Shown here: positions 1-8,506 of the stretch, piece after piece | How positions within the stretch are numbered: position 1 is the first letter of the stretch | Layout of the letters: each line of letters begins with the position of its first letter | Source of the DNA: Candidatus Curtissbacteria bacterium | GTDB taxonomy: Bacteria > Patescibacteriota > Microgenomatia > Curtissbacterales > GWA2-41-24 | Reading direction: 5' to 3' | Assembly: GCA_030647775.1 (NCBI GenBank) | Contig: JAUSJC010000007.1 | Location: 50,038-114,037 of the forward strand | Length of the DNA: 64,000 nucleotides | The notes under the pieces: model-generated | What the model saw: the letters and a program-made list of their open reading frames with translations, nothing else | Told to the model about the DNA's origin: nothing | Database searches by the model: none | Translations under genes and position numbers: made by a program

Positions 1-180
1 TTTGTTGCTTTATCCGTTTTAAATTGGTACAATAACCCCTGCTTAAGTTAGAAGTGTTTAAAAGTTTTTGATTCTCCGGAAGCTATGTTTAAGTTCCTAA
101 ACTTCTCGACTCGAATCTTATTTAAGAAAAATCTGTTTGATATTTTTAATTAATTAAAAGGAGGTGAATTTAAAAACAAT

Positions 181-477
181 ATGGCAAAAAGATTATTTGT
201 AGGAAACCTTGCATATAGCGTAACTAGCGCTCAATTGGAAGAACTGTTTTCCCAAGTTGGAAAGATTTCGAGTTTAAACCTAATCACGGATAAGTTTTCC
301 GGTCAAAGCAAAGGTTTTGCTTTTCTGGAAATGACAACCGACGATGAAGCAAACGAAGCTATCAAGAAATTTAACGGTCACGAAATAGACGGCCGCAAGA
401 TGGTAGTTAACGAAGCCCGTCCGCAGGAAAATAGAGATAACAGAGACAGAAATTACAACAAATCCAAAAGTTGGTAA
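181..477 (+). CDS. RRM-domain RNA-binding protein
   Basis: RNP2 LFVGNL and RNP1 KGFAFLEM motifs; strong SD AAAGGAGGTG upstream. Confidence 0.95.
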   Translation: MAKRLFVGNLAYSVTSAQLEELFSQVGKISSLNLITDKFSGQSKGFAFLEMTTDDEANEAIKKFNGHEIDGRKMVVNEARPQENRDNRDRNYNKSKSW

Positions 478-493
478 GCGAGGTTTTTAGTTA

Positions 494-778
494 ATGCTTA
501 TACAAAACCAGGCAAACTCGACCTGTATCCGTTGCGGGAAGATCCGTATCTTTTCTAAGAAATGGAAGGATAAAGAAAACGGTAAGGGGTCTATGGTAAC
601 TCACGAGGAAACCATATGCCCGGATCATGAATGCCAAAAAATCGTTGATGAAAAATTCAAGGAGATCCGTGACCGCAGAGAGCTTGCCGAAGAGCGAAAA
701 AGATATATAGTTCTAGCAAGGAGTGCCAAATCGAAAACGGGTATTAAGTTTGAAGGGAAAAATTTGGCTTCGTCATAA
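494..778 (+). CDS. hypothetical Cys-containing (zinc-ribbon-like) basic protein
   Basis: CxxC ... CxxxxC followed by charged helix; directly follows the RRM gene. Confidence 0.7.
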   Translation: MLIQNQANSTCIRCGKIRIFSKKWKDKENGKGSMVTHEETICPDHECQKIVDEKFKEIRDRRELAEERKRYIVLARSAKSKTGIKFEGKNLASS

Positions 779-820
779 AATTCACCTTTTTAGATACAGG
801 GAAGAGAGCTTGTAAATCCC

Positions 821-1843
821 TCATTTGAGGTATTTAGCGAAAAAGTCGAGTGATCTTTGGATGGCTGTTTCAAATGACGAGCCGGAGATGTTGTGGCCGG
901 CGCCCGGATAAGTGTAAAGTTCGACAGTTTTACCGGCAGATTTTAGGGCCGTTTCGAGCCTTTGGGAAAAAGATAAAGGAACTTCTTCGTCAGCTTCGCC
1001 ATGGTGGAGCTGAATCGGGGCCGAAATGTATTTGAGGTTATGAAAAGGGTCAATAGCGCTCCAAAATACTGGATTATCTTTTGGAGTCCCATATTTTTGG
1101 GTAAGGTTTGCCCTGTTGGCATTCCTTAGTGCTAACTGTCTCGGTGACGGTTGAAAGGGAACACGTCTTTGCCAGTTATTCATCAGATCGTTGTAAGATC
1201 CGGTAACGCCGGCCCAAATCACGGCCGCTTTTATATCTGTGGACACTTCTATGTTGCGAAGTGTTATGTTTCCCCCTAATGAATGGCCCCACATGCCAAT
1301 TTTGTTTGGGTTTGCGTCTGCAAACTTTTTGATTGACGAGACGGCATTTAAAATATCGACAGTATAAGCCGGTGAATAATAAGCACCTTCGGGCTCCCCT
1401 TCTGATTTGTCATTTCCCCGGTAATCTGATTTGAAAACTATGTAGCCGCTTGTGGCAAATGTCTCGACATAGGCAATGTAGCGCTCGGTTGTTACATATT
1501 GTTCTGGTGGAATATATCCATGGTTAAAAATAATTACCGGCCAGCCGTCTTTCGGCTTGTCCCCCATCGGAACCGTGAGAAGGGCGTAGATTTTAAGGTC
1601 CTGGGATTTGTAAGAAACTATATATTGTTTGTAATTTACGCCGTCTGGTAGGCTTTGCTCAATTGTAATATTACTGCCGGGGTAAGTCTGGCTTCGCATG
1701 TAATCAATTGCCAAAGGGTTGGAGACTGTGGTTTTAGAAGCTGGCGTTTGGCCGCTATTTGCGGCCGGTGGAGTTTTTTTAGAGAAAATTGCCAAGATAA
1801 CAAATATGAAAAGGAGAAATATTGGTATCAGATATTTTTTCAT
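821..1843 (-). CDS. secreted alpha/beta hydrolase (peptidase S9-like)
   Basis: N-terminal TM/signal, GHSLGG nucleophile elbow, HHGEADEEVP and GAGH motifs. Confidence 0.9.
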   Translation of the reverse strand: MKKYLIPIFLLFIFVILAIFSKKTPPAANSGQTPASKTTVSNPLAIDYMRSQTYPGSNITIEQSLPDGVNYKQYIVSYKSQDLKIYALLTVPMGDKPKDGWPVIIFNHGYIPPEQYVTTERYIAYVETFATSGYIVFKSDYRGNDKSEGEPEGAYYSPAYTVDILNAVSSIKKFADANPNKIGMWGHSLGGNITLRNIEVSTDIKAAVIWAGVTGSYNDLMNNWQRRVPFQPSPRQLALRNANRANLTQKYGTPKDNPVFWSAIDPFHNLKYISAPIQLHHGEADEEVPLSFSQRLETALKSAGKTVELYTYPGAGHNISGSSFETAIQRSLDFFAKYLK

Positions 1844-1958
1844 GGAACTTTGGATTTTCGTCCGATCAATCCATATCCGCTACATACTTAGCGGCGATAG
1901 ACTGACTTTTATCAAGTCGGTTTAGAACCTGCTTATTTTGTGTGGGGTAATTTTATAA

Positions 1959-2144
1959 TTACCACTTGTGCGTAGCACCTACATAAACTGCCGAAGCACC
2001 TACCAATATATAGGCGGTTTTTTCGAGTGTTGGCCACGAACCCAAAAGAAGGGTTACGAGATTAAGGTTTAAGAGTGCGACTAGGCCCCAATTAAGGGCG
2101 CCAACGACAACGAGCGCGAAAGCAACCGTGCTGAGAGCTTTCAT
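1959..2144 (-). CDS. DUF378 family small membrane protein
   Basis: LVVVGALNWGLV...YILVGASA pattern; SD GGAGGTG. Confidence 0.85.
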   Translation of the reverse strand: MKALSTVAFALVVVGALNWGLVALLNLNLVTLLLGSWPTLEKTAYILVGASAVYVGATHKW

Positions 2145-2424
2145 AATTTGTTAATCACCTCCTTCCATTTACCTAATTCCAGATTACAAGTAAATGGGGA
2201 TTTAGTCAAAAGCGAAGTTTTTTGAGATAAAAAATTGGGACTAGTTAATGGTTCCTTATTTTATTGCCGCTTGGCCAGGGACGGCGCAAATATTTGGTGG
2301 GGATTCCAGTTCTTGCTTTATTCACTTTTCTTCTGGCTATTTCCAGCCATTTTTTTCCTTTTTCCCAAGAAGCTTTTATCATTACTTAAATATAACACCA
2401 AATCGCTTTGAGGCCAAATTAGAG

Positions 2425-2495
2425 CTGGGAGACCAGGATTCGAACCTGAATAAACAGCTCCAAAGGCTGTTGTCCTACCATTAGACGATCTCCCA
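2425..2495 (-). tRNA. tRNA-Gln(TTG)
   Basis: cloverleaf TGGGAGA/TCTCCCA, anticodon loop CTTTGGA, T-loop TTCGAAT. Confidence 0.95.
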
Positions 2496-2589
2496 ATGTC
2501 CTTCGTATTTTAGCAAATTGGTGATTGAAAACGAAATGGTTTATGTAATAAGTTCCCACCCTCACCAGGATTTTCGACTTCGTCTCCAC

Positions 2590-2626
2590 ATAGTCAACTC
2601 CGCTGGGCGGAGCAAGCCAGTGCCAG
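2590..2626 (+). repeat. ATAGTCAACTC-[hairpin]-AGCCAGTGCCAG unit, copy 1 of 3 (others 4043-4161, 5345-5387)
   Basis: conserved left and right arms with a variable hairpin filler. Confidence 0.75.
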
Positions 2627-2669
2627 CGAAGTTCTTGTTTTTTAAAGACTTGATGTTTATTATTGAAAA

Positions 2670-2954
2670 GTGACTGACGAAAATTTAAAAAAGATAACTA
2701 AGATTGTTAGGGTTGAGATTGGTGATGCACTTAAGCCTGTCAATAAGAAACTTGACGGACACGATAGCCAGTTTAAGTCTATTACAAAGAAACTTGATGA
2801 ACATTCCCAAAGGTTAGAATCTCTCTATTTGGATATGACAGATGTCCAGAAAAAAACGGATTTATTGCCAGATATATATGATATTGTTAAGGGCACTAAA
2901 GAAAAGGTCGATGACCACGAAGAAAGACTCCAAGTTTTGGAAAACGCCGCTTAA
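2670..2954 (+). CDS. small coiled-coil hypothetical protein, paralog of 4984..5289
   Basis: heptad repeats; shares PDIYDIVKGTKEKVDDHEERL with 4984..5289. Confidence 0.8.
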   Translation: MTDENLKKITKIVRVEIGDALKPVNKKLDGHDSQFKSITKKLDEHSQRLESLYLDMTDVQKKTDLLPDIYDIVKGTKEKVDDHEERLQVLENAA

Positions 2955-2991
2955 ATATTAATAGCTTCCATAATCCGCAAGGATTATTTAT

Positions 2992-3008
2992 AATCCTGGT
3001 CTCCCAGC
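2992..3008 (+). repeat. 17-bp copy of tRNA-Gln 3' end, inverted relative to the tRNA
   Basis: AATCCTGGTCTCCCAGC is the reverse complement of 2424-2440. Confidence 0.85.
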
Positions 3009-3110
3009 CCTTCTTCGTTCCACTCATCAGGGTCTCCGACAGAATAAAATCGAAGAAGGCACTGAGGAGTCATGACATTAGGAAGGACGACGAAGTGATA
3101 AAATTCATCC

Positions 3111-3356
3111 ATGTCTTTTTTTATTTATATTCTTGAATGTGCTGACAAGACTTACTATGTCGGTTGCACCAATGACCTAGAACGAAGGCTAAAACAACAC
3201 AACGAATCCAAGTGGGGCGCCCACTATACAAAAATTCGAAGACCTGCAACCTTAAAATATTCAGAAGAATTTAAAACTCTTTTAGAAGCGCGTAGAAGAG
3301 AAGCGGAAATCAAAGGCTGGCGTAGACAGAAAAAAGAATTACTTTGGAAGTCTTAA
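3111..3356 (+). CDS. standalone GIY-YIG nuclease (UPF0213-like)
   Basis: FIYIL...YYVGCTNDLERRLKQHN...ARRREAEIKGW. Confidence 0.93.
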   Translation: MSFFIYILECADKTYYVGCTNDLERRLKQHNESKWGAHYTKIRRPATLKYSEEFKTLLEARRREAEIKGWRRQKKELLWKS

Positions 3357-3452
3357 AATTTTAAGATCGCAAATCCTAATGGCATCCTAGTCCCGTAGCT
3401 TCTTGAGGTAGTCTCAGTGTACGATGTTAGAACTTCTTGATATACTTCTGAT

Positions 3453-4031
3453 GTGAAAGTGAAAGAATATACGTCATGTTTTATAGGAATCCCTCTCCCT
3501 GAAGAATATCAACAAGATTTTGAAAGCTTACTGGTAGATGTTTCACAAATAGAACCCTTATTAGAAACAACTTATCCAAAAACTCCGCATATTACTGGAT
3601 ATTATTTGGATAAACAGTCTCAGTTTAAAATTCTAAACATCGCCGAGAATGTTAAATCCAAAATCGGTTTACTAAAAGGTGTTAAGTTAACCGTAGGAGG
3701 TTTTGGTTACTTTGGAGGTGATGATCCGAAGGTTATATTTTTGAATGTCCGATATACTGAAGCCTTAAAAGAGTTTAATGATGCAATGACAGGAAGTTTG
3801 TCAGAATATTGTGCCCCTGATAATAACTTACCCTCTCATCCACATATGACAGTCGGAAGAATGAGGATACCCAAGGTCCAGCAGTCATTTAAAAAATCAG
3901 TGTCCATTCTTAAAAATAGACTAAATAAGTTGAGCTGGACGTTTCCAGTGACTGAAGTTGTATTATATGGAGTTGATTCTACTCAAAGTCCTCAGTATCA
4001 GGAAAAGTTAATCTCCATTTCAGTTAGATAA
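3453..4031 (+). CDS. 2H phosphoesterase / RNA 2',3'-cyclic phosphodiesterase family
   Basis: N-terminal FIGIPLP and two HxT motifs (PHIT, PHMT). Confidence 0.85.
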   Translation: MKVKEYTSCFIGIPLPEEYQQDFESLLVDVSQIEPLLETTYPKTPHITGYYLDKQSQFKILNIAENVKSKIGLLKGVKLTVGGFGYFGGDDPKVIFLNVRYTEALKEFNDAMTGSLSEYCAPDNNLPSHPHMTVGRMRIPKVQQSFKKSVSILKNRLNKLSWTFPVTEVVLYGVDSTQSPQYQEKLISISVR

Positions 4032-4042
4032 TAAGTTTCGAT

Positions 4043-4161
4043 ATAGTCAACTCTTCGACAAATTATAATAGTGAGCGTAGTCGAACTACTCAGTGCTATA
4101 GCCCTTCGATAAGCTCAGGGTCATGACGCTTCGGTGAACTCAGTACTATAGCCAGTGCCAG
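4043..4161 (+). repeat. composite of nested TTCGAC-N-GCTCA palindromic micro-elements inside repeat unit copy 2
   Basis: CTCTTCGACAAA[TTATAATAGTGAGCGTAGTCGAACTA]CTCAGTGCTATA then CCCTTCGATAAGCTCAGGG; similar to reverse complement of 63895-63945. Confidence 0.7.
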
Positions 4162-4282
4162 TTTTATTTAGACCTAGTTTGATATAATCTGCCCAGTAAG
4201 GCTGGTATTGTAAACGCAAGAAATTGTTGGAAGAAGAGAATTTCTAACTAAGTGCCTAAGGTGGGGTATTGGCATACCGGCC

Positions 4283-4861
4283 TTGGCGGCATTGCGTCCA
4301 CTTTCAACACTTGCTGAAGGCGTAACAAATCAGGAATATCAGTTTCCCTGGTCTAGAGATGAAATTCTTTTTGGGCCAAACGCCGGATTTATAGAAGCGA
4401 AAAAAGGAATTCCTCTTGGTGTTTATGCCGCCAGCGGCATACGACCGGACCTTGTTAATTTAAGTATGGCACCCTGGAATAATTTAGCAAACAGTATGGG
4501 GAGAACTGATCTTTTTTACTTCGAAGAAAATCCATCTAGGGCAAAAATAATTATTGGTCAAAGTACGAAAGACTATAGCTATACTGTAGCAAATCCTGAT
4601 TTTAAAAGTCCCTATTTAAGATGCGATATTTACTTGGTGAATCAATGGATAGGAGTTATAACACATGAACTGGGCCATACACTTGGATTTGTTGATTTTA
4701 TTTATAAGGATACTGATCCCCGGGATTATTTCAATCCTAAACGTTGTGATCTTCCGGACAAACCTATTCACAGTATAATGGCACAAAATTTTATTGTTAC
4801 ACCAACAGTGTTGATTGGACCAGACGATGGAATCATGCTTAGGCTCGCGGGGTACGTTTAA
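4283..4861 (+). CDS. zincin metalloprotease (matrixin-like), start uncertain
   Basis: THELGHTLG zinc motif and downstream SIM Met-turn. Confidence 0.7.
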   Translation: MAALRPLSTLAEGVTNQEYQFPWSRDEILFGPNAGFIEAKKGIPLGVYAASGIRPDLVNLSMAPWNNLANSMGRTDLFYFEENPSRAKIIIGQSTKDYSYTVANPDFKSPYLRCDIYLVNQWIGVITHELGHTLGFVDFIYKDTDPRDYFNPKRCDLPDKPIHSIMAQNFIVTPTVLIGPDDGIMLRLAGYV

Positions 4862-4983
4862 ACATCACTGAACACATAGCAGGTTAAACTATTCCGAACA
4901 TAATCTAGTGTGGCCAGCTAAAATTTAGCCTCAATTTCTTAGTTATTGACATTAATTAAAGATGTACCGATAATAAAATTCCG

Positions 4984-5289
4984 ATGGCTGACTTGACAAT
5001 AAAGGAAATAGAAGAAGTGTTGGATAAAAAGCTCGATCAAAAACTCGAGCCTATTAAGAAGACACTTGATGAACATTCTAAGAAGCTTAATGAACACGAT
5101 GGTCAGTTTAGATCAATAAAAAAAACTCTTGACGAACATTCCCAAAGGTTAGAATCCATTTTCCCGGATATGGTAGATGTTCAGAAAAAGACAGATATAC
5201 TACCAGACATATATGACATTGTTAAGGGCACTAAAGAAAAGGTCGATGACCATGAAGAAAGACTAGGAGTTCTAGAACACGCTGCTTAA
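4984..5289 (+). CDS. small coiled-coil hypothetical protein, paralog of 2670..2954
   Basis: internal repeat IKKTLDEHS x2; C-terminus nearly identical to 2670..2954. Confidence 0.8.
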   Translation: MADLTIKEIEEVLDKKLDQKLEPIKKTLDEHSKKLNEHDGQFRSIKKTLDEHSQRLESIFPDMVDVQKKTDILPDIYDIVKGTKEKVDDHEERLGVLEHAA

Positions 5290-5427
5290 TCTATCCAATT
5301 TAAATAATACATTCACACACAATTGTCCTGAGCGGGATCGAAGGATAGTCAACCCTTCGAAGTACTCAGTACTATAGCCAGTGCCGGCTCTATTTGACAA
5401 AGACTTCAAGTTTGTTAAACTCACCTG

Positions 5428-5838
5428 ATGGTAAGTAAACAAAAACGGATCAGCATTATTGCAACCAGCTTTCACAAAAAACACGTGGAGGTGATGCTTG
5501 AGGAGGCAAGAAAAACGTGCGGAGAAGTAAGGCTTGCCGTCGCCAATGAAGTATGGGTTCCGGGATCACTTGAAACCCCCTTGGCATTGCAAAGGGAACT
5601 TATGTCAGAAAAAGTAGATGGGGCCGTAGTTCTGGGTATCATCGAACGCGGAGAAACAAAGCATGGGCTGGTGATGGGCATGGCGGTAATATCTGCTATT
5701 ATCGAAATTCAGCTTCAGGCGGGGAAACCGATTGGTGTCGGGATTCTCGGGCCGGAAATTACCCCTGACCAAATTAAGCCACGCCTGAAACCATACGCAA
5801 AAGATGCTGTTTTAGCCGCTTGGGCAATGTTAAAATAG
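5428..5838 (+). CDS. ribH: 6,7-dimethyl-8-ribityllumazine synthase
   Basis: VPGSLETP, LGIIERGETKH, KPIGVGIL motifs; TTGACA-16-TAAACT promoter 6 nt upstream. Confidence 0.92.
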   Translation: MVSKQKRISIIATSFHKKHVEVMLEEARKTCGEVRLAVANEVWVPGSLETPLALQRELMSEKVDGAVVLGIIERGETKHGLVMGMAVISAIIEIQLQAGKPIGVGILGPEITPDQIKPRLKPYAKDAVLAAWAMLK

Positions 5839-6224
5839 TGAACTTAAAACATATAGGAATTTTTTGGGGGAAAGTTGTTAAAGGTAAAAAGAGAGGCAAG
5901 TCTCTCGGTTTCCCTACTGCCAATGTTAAGCTGCACAGGGATATTGCCGACGGGATTTATATATCACTGGCGACAATTGATAAACACCAGTACCCGGCAT
6001 TAACGTTTATCGGCGCGGCTAAAACTTTTCGGGAAAAGGATGTAAAAGCGGAAACGCATCTACTTTCTTTTAGAGAAAACATTTATGGTAAACGGATTTC
6101 AGTCAGGCTTTTGGTAAAAATCCGGGGAAACCAAAATTTCAAGTCAGCAAAGATGCTTGTTTTGCAAATGAAAAGAGATAAACAGATTGCGGAAGAATAC
6201 TTTAAAACCACCAAATATGTTTAG
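5820..6224 (+). CDS. standalone riboflavin kinase (RibF C-terminal domain only)
   Basis: GKVVKGKKRGKSLGFPTAN, GIY, ETHLLSF motifs; true start may be GTG at 5838. Confidence 0.9.
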   Translation: MGNVKIVNLKHIGIFWGKVVKGKKRGKSLGFPTANVKLHRDIADGIYISLATIDKHQYPALTFIGAAKTFREKDVKAETHLLSFRENIYGKRISVRLLVKIRGNQNFKSAKMLVLQMKRDKQIAEEYFKTTKYV

Positions 6225-6795
6225 CGGGATTATCAAGGCCAAAGCAAGCGCCAATAAGACCGAAAAGACGGGAAACGCCATGAGAATAGAGTTTACGGCG
6301 CCAAAAGGGTTTAGGGTGAGCTTGGGAGAGAGTGTAAGTATTGACGGTATATGCTCAACCGTTGAGAAAAAAGCCGGGAACAAGTTCTCTTTTTACTACA
6401 TGGCCGAAACGCTTAAAAAAACTACGCTTGCCCAAATTTCGGGTTCCCATGAGTTTAACATTGAGCGGTGCCTGACACTGCAAAGCTTGATTGGCGGACA
6501 CTTGGTAAGCGGGCATATTGATACCGTTGCCCTGTTAAAATCTATCGCCACGCAAGATGATTCAAAACTTATGGAATTTGTAGTTGACCCGAAATTCACG
6601 AGATACATTATTTATAAAGGGTCCATTGCCGTTAACGGCGTTAGCCTGACTGTTGTTTCCGTTTCCAAAAATTCTTTTCGCGTCTCTCTTATCCCATACA
6701 CACTCGCCCATACAAATCTGGGCAAGTTGAAAGCCGGAGATAAGGTGAATATTGAACTCGACCTGATTGCTAAATATCTTGAGAAACTACGGTGA
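6217..6795 (+). CDS. ribE: riboflavin synthase alpha chain
   Basis: MFSGII start, GGHLVSGHID, GSIAVNGVSLTV, VNIELD motifs. Confidence 0.95.
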   Translation: MFSGIIKAKASANKTEKTGNAMRIEFTAPKGFRVSLGESVSIDGICSTVEKKAGNKFSFYYMAETLKKTTLAQISGSHEFNIERCLTLQSLIGGHLVSGHIDTVALLKSIATQDDSKLMEFVVDPKFTRYIIYKGSIAVNGVSLTVVSVSKNSFRVSLIPYTLAHTNLGKLKAGDKVNIELDLIAKYLEKLR

Positions 6796-6825
6796 AGAAA
6801 AAATTTGAAGCAGTTTTTGTGACGA

Positions 6826-7479
6826 TTAAATTGATTGAAGTTTTTCAAAGCTAATTTCTTTAAAATCCCTAATGATGATATCTGCTTTTTCTAGGTCTTG
6901 TTTGTTGTAAGGAAGTCCTGCAAAACCAATACATTTCATGCCGGCTGCTTTGGCAGCATTTATTCCATGAGTTGAATCTTCTATCACTAAACAGTGGACT
7001 GGGGCTGTATTTAATTTTTGGGCAGCTCTTAGGAATATGTCGGGGGCTGGTTTGCCATTTTTGACATCGTCGGAGGACACAATTATAGGAAAGTGCTTGT
7101 GAAGCTTAATTATCTTAATTAAAGTAGATACTCTTTTTTGGGAGGCTGATGAGGCGACTGCTAGTTTTAATTTTAGTCGTGATAGTTCTTTAACTAATTC
7201 GACGGCACCGGGTACAGCTTTAAGATCTTTGCTTGTTTTCAAAAAATTAATGTAGCTTTCCCTTCCATCTGTAATTAATTCCTCCAATGTCTTTTCTAAT
7301 TGGTATTCCTCCTTTAGCGTTTCCCAGATTACTTTACTGGATGAGCCTCTGAATCGCTCACCGATAGTCTCGGGAGCTTTAATTCCTAATCTTTCCAGGT
7401 ATTTGACTAAATGAATATCGTTTAGGGGTTCTGTATCGACAAGAACTCCATCCATGTCGAAGATTATGGCTTTAATCAT
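6826..7479 (-). CDS. HAD-family phosphatase (beta-PGM/CbbY-like)
   Basis: FDMDGVLVDTE, KPAPDIF, VIEDS motifs. Confidence 0.93.
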   Translation of the reverse strand: MIKAIIFDMDGVLVDTEPLNDIHLVKYLERLGIKAPETIGERFRGSSSKVIWETLKEEYQLEKTLEELITDGRESYINFLKTSKDLKAVPGAVELVKELSRLKLKLAVASSASQKRVSTLIKIIKLHKHFPIIVSSDDVKNGKPAPDIFLRAAQKLNTAPVHCLVIEDSTHGINAAKAAGMKCIGFAGLPYNKQDLEKADIIIRDFKEISFEKLQSI

Positions 7480-7593
7480 ATAGAGATTATATCAACTTCT
7501 TAAAAATACTACCGTTCTCACTCCAAGCCAAATCCTGATTATGGAATTGATGATATCTCCGAAGTGCTTCCTTTGATACTTAAATAACGCTTT

Positions 7594-8250
7594 CTACACC
7601 AGGGGTTTTTGGCCGCTTTCCTTGAAATCGTCAAGGAATTTTTTGAGGCCGATATCGGTTAGCGGATGCTTTACCAATTTCTCCAGTACATCGTAAGGGC
7701 AGGTGGCAATGTCGGCACTGGCAAGGGCCGCTTGTTTTACATGAAGCGGAGAGCGCACGGACGCAAAAAGGATTTTGGTTTTGAAGCCGTAATTATCGTA
7801 GATTTGGCGGATTTCATCTATCAGGTCAATTCCGGTTTGGCCGATATCATCAAGCCTGCCGATAAAGGGGCTGACAATATAGGCGCCAAGTTTGGCAACA
7901 AGAAGTGCCTGGTTGGCGCTAAACACAAGGGTCATGTTAACTCGGATGCCAGTCTTGGTCAAAACCTTTAGCGCTTTTAGGCCTTCTTCTGTTGTCGGTA
8001 ATTTGATGACTACGTTTTTACCCATTTTTGTCAAGGCTCTCCCCTCTCGGATCATGCCCGGGGCGTCGGTTGATAAAACTTCGAGGCTGATATTATCGGG
8101 AACAATTTTGAGGATTTTGGCGACAGCTTCTTTGTAGGTCATCCCGGCTTTTGCCGCTAAGGATGGGTTTGTAGTCACGCCGTCGATTATTCCAAGAGCC
8201 ATCATCTTTTCAACTTCTTGGGGTACGGCGCTATCAATGTAAAGCTGCAT
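7594..8250 (-). CDS. transaldolase / fructose-6-phosphate aldolase family
   Basis: GVTTNPSL, VIKLP, NMTLVFS, SPFIGRLDD, HPLTDIGL; start placed at MQLYID. Confidence 0.95.
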   Translation of the reverse strand: MQLYIDSAVPQEVEKMMALGIIDGVTTNPSLAAKAGMTYKEAVAKILKIVPDNISLEVLSTDAPGMIREGRALTKMGKNVVIKLPTTEEGLKALKVLTKTGIRVNMTLVFSANQALLVAKLGAYIVSPFIGRLDDIGQTGIDLIDEIRQIYDNYGFKTKILFASVRSPLHVKQAALASADIATCPYDVLEKLVKHPLTDIGLKKFLDDFKESGQKPLV

Positions 8251-8354
8251 GAGAGGATTTATTGTATCAAGTATCATGTATCACTTGCTAAGTGTCAAGG
8301 AATTAAAGTTTCCAACTCTATATGTGATAAAATTATTCGAAACTAAAGCAGGGT

Positions 8355-8416
8355 ATATCAGCAGGTCGCTTTGGCACAGCCCTTCGGGCTTCATGCCAAT
8401 AGCGCTCCTCTGATAT
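8355..8416. repeat. ATATCAGCAG...CTCTGATAT palindromic element upstream of tRNA-Lys
   Basis: long nested hairpin; same ends as the element at 29850-29877. Confidence 0.7.
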
Positions 8417-8433
8417 TCCTCCTCACTACGTTC

Positions 8434-8505
8434 GGGGGTATAGCTCAATGGTAGAGCACTCGCCTCTTAAGCGAATGGTTCAGGGTTCAAATCCCTGTGC
8501 CCCCA
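8434..8505 (+). tRNA. tRNA-Lys(CTT)
   Basis: GGGGGTA/TGCCCCC acceptor, anticodon loop CTCTTAA. Confidence 0.95.
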
Positions 8506-8506
8506 C

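Noticed and set aside
2248-2484. ORF-track ORFs overlapping tRNAs (2248, 10065, 10439, 19736, 29747, and the N-terminal part of 11557)
   Set aside because: They overlap clear tRNA genes and have no protein motifs.
2590-5387. Integron cassette array
   Set aside because: No tyrosine integrase, and the boundary unit lacks recognisable RYYYAAC/GTTRRRY attC ends; kept only as an unexplained repeat.
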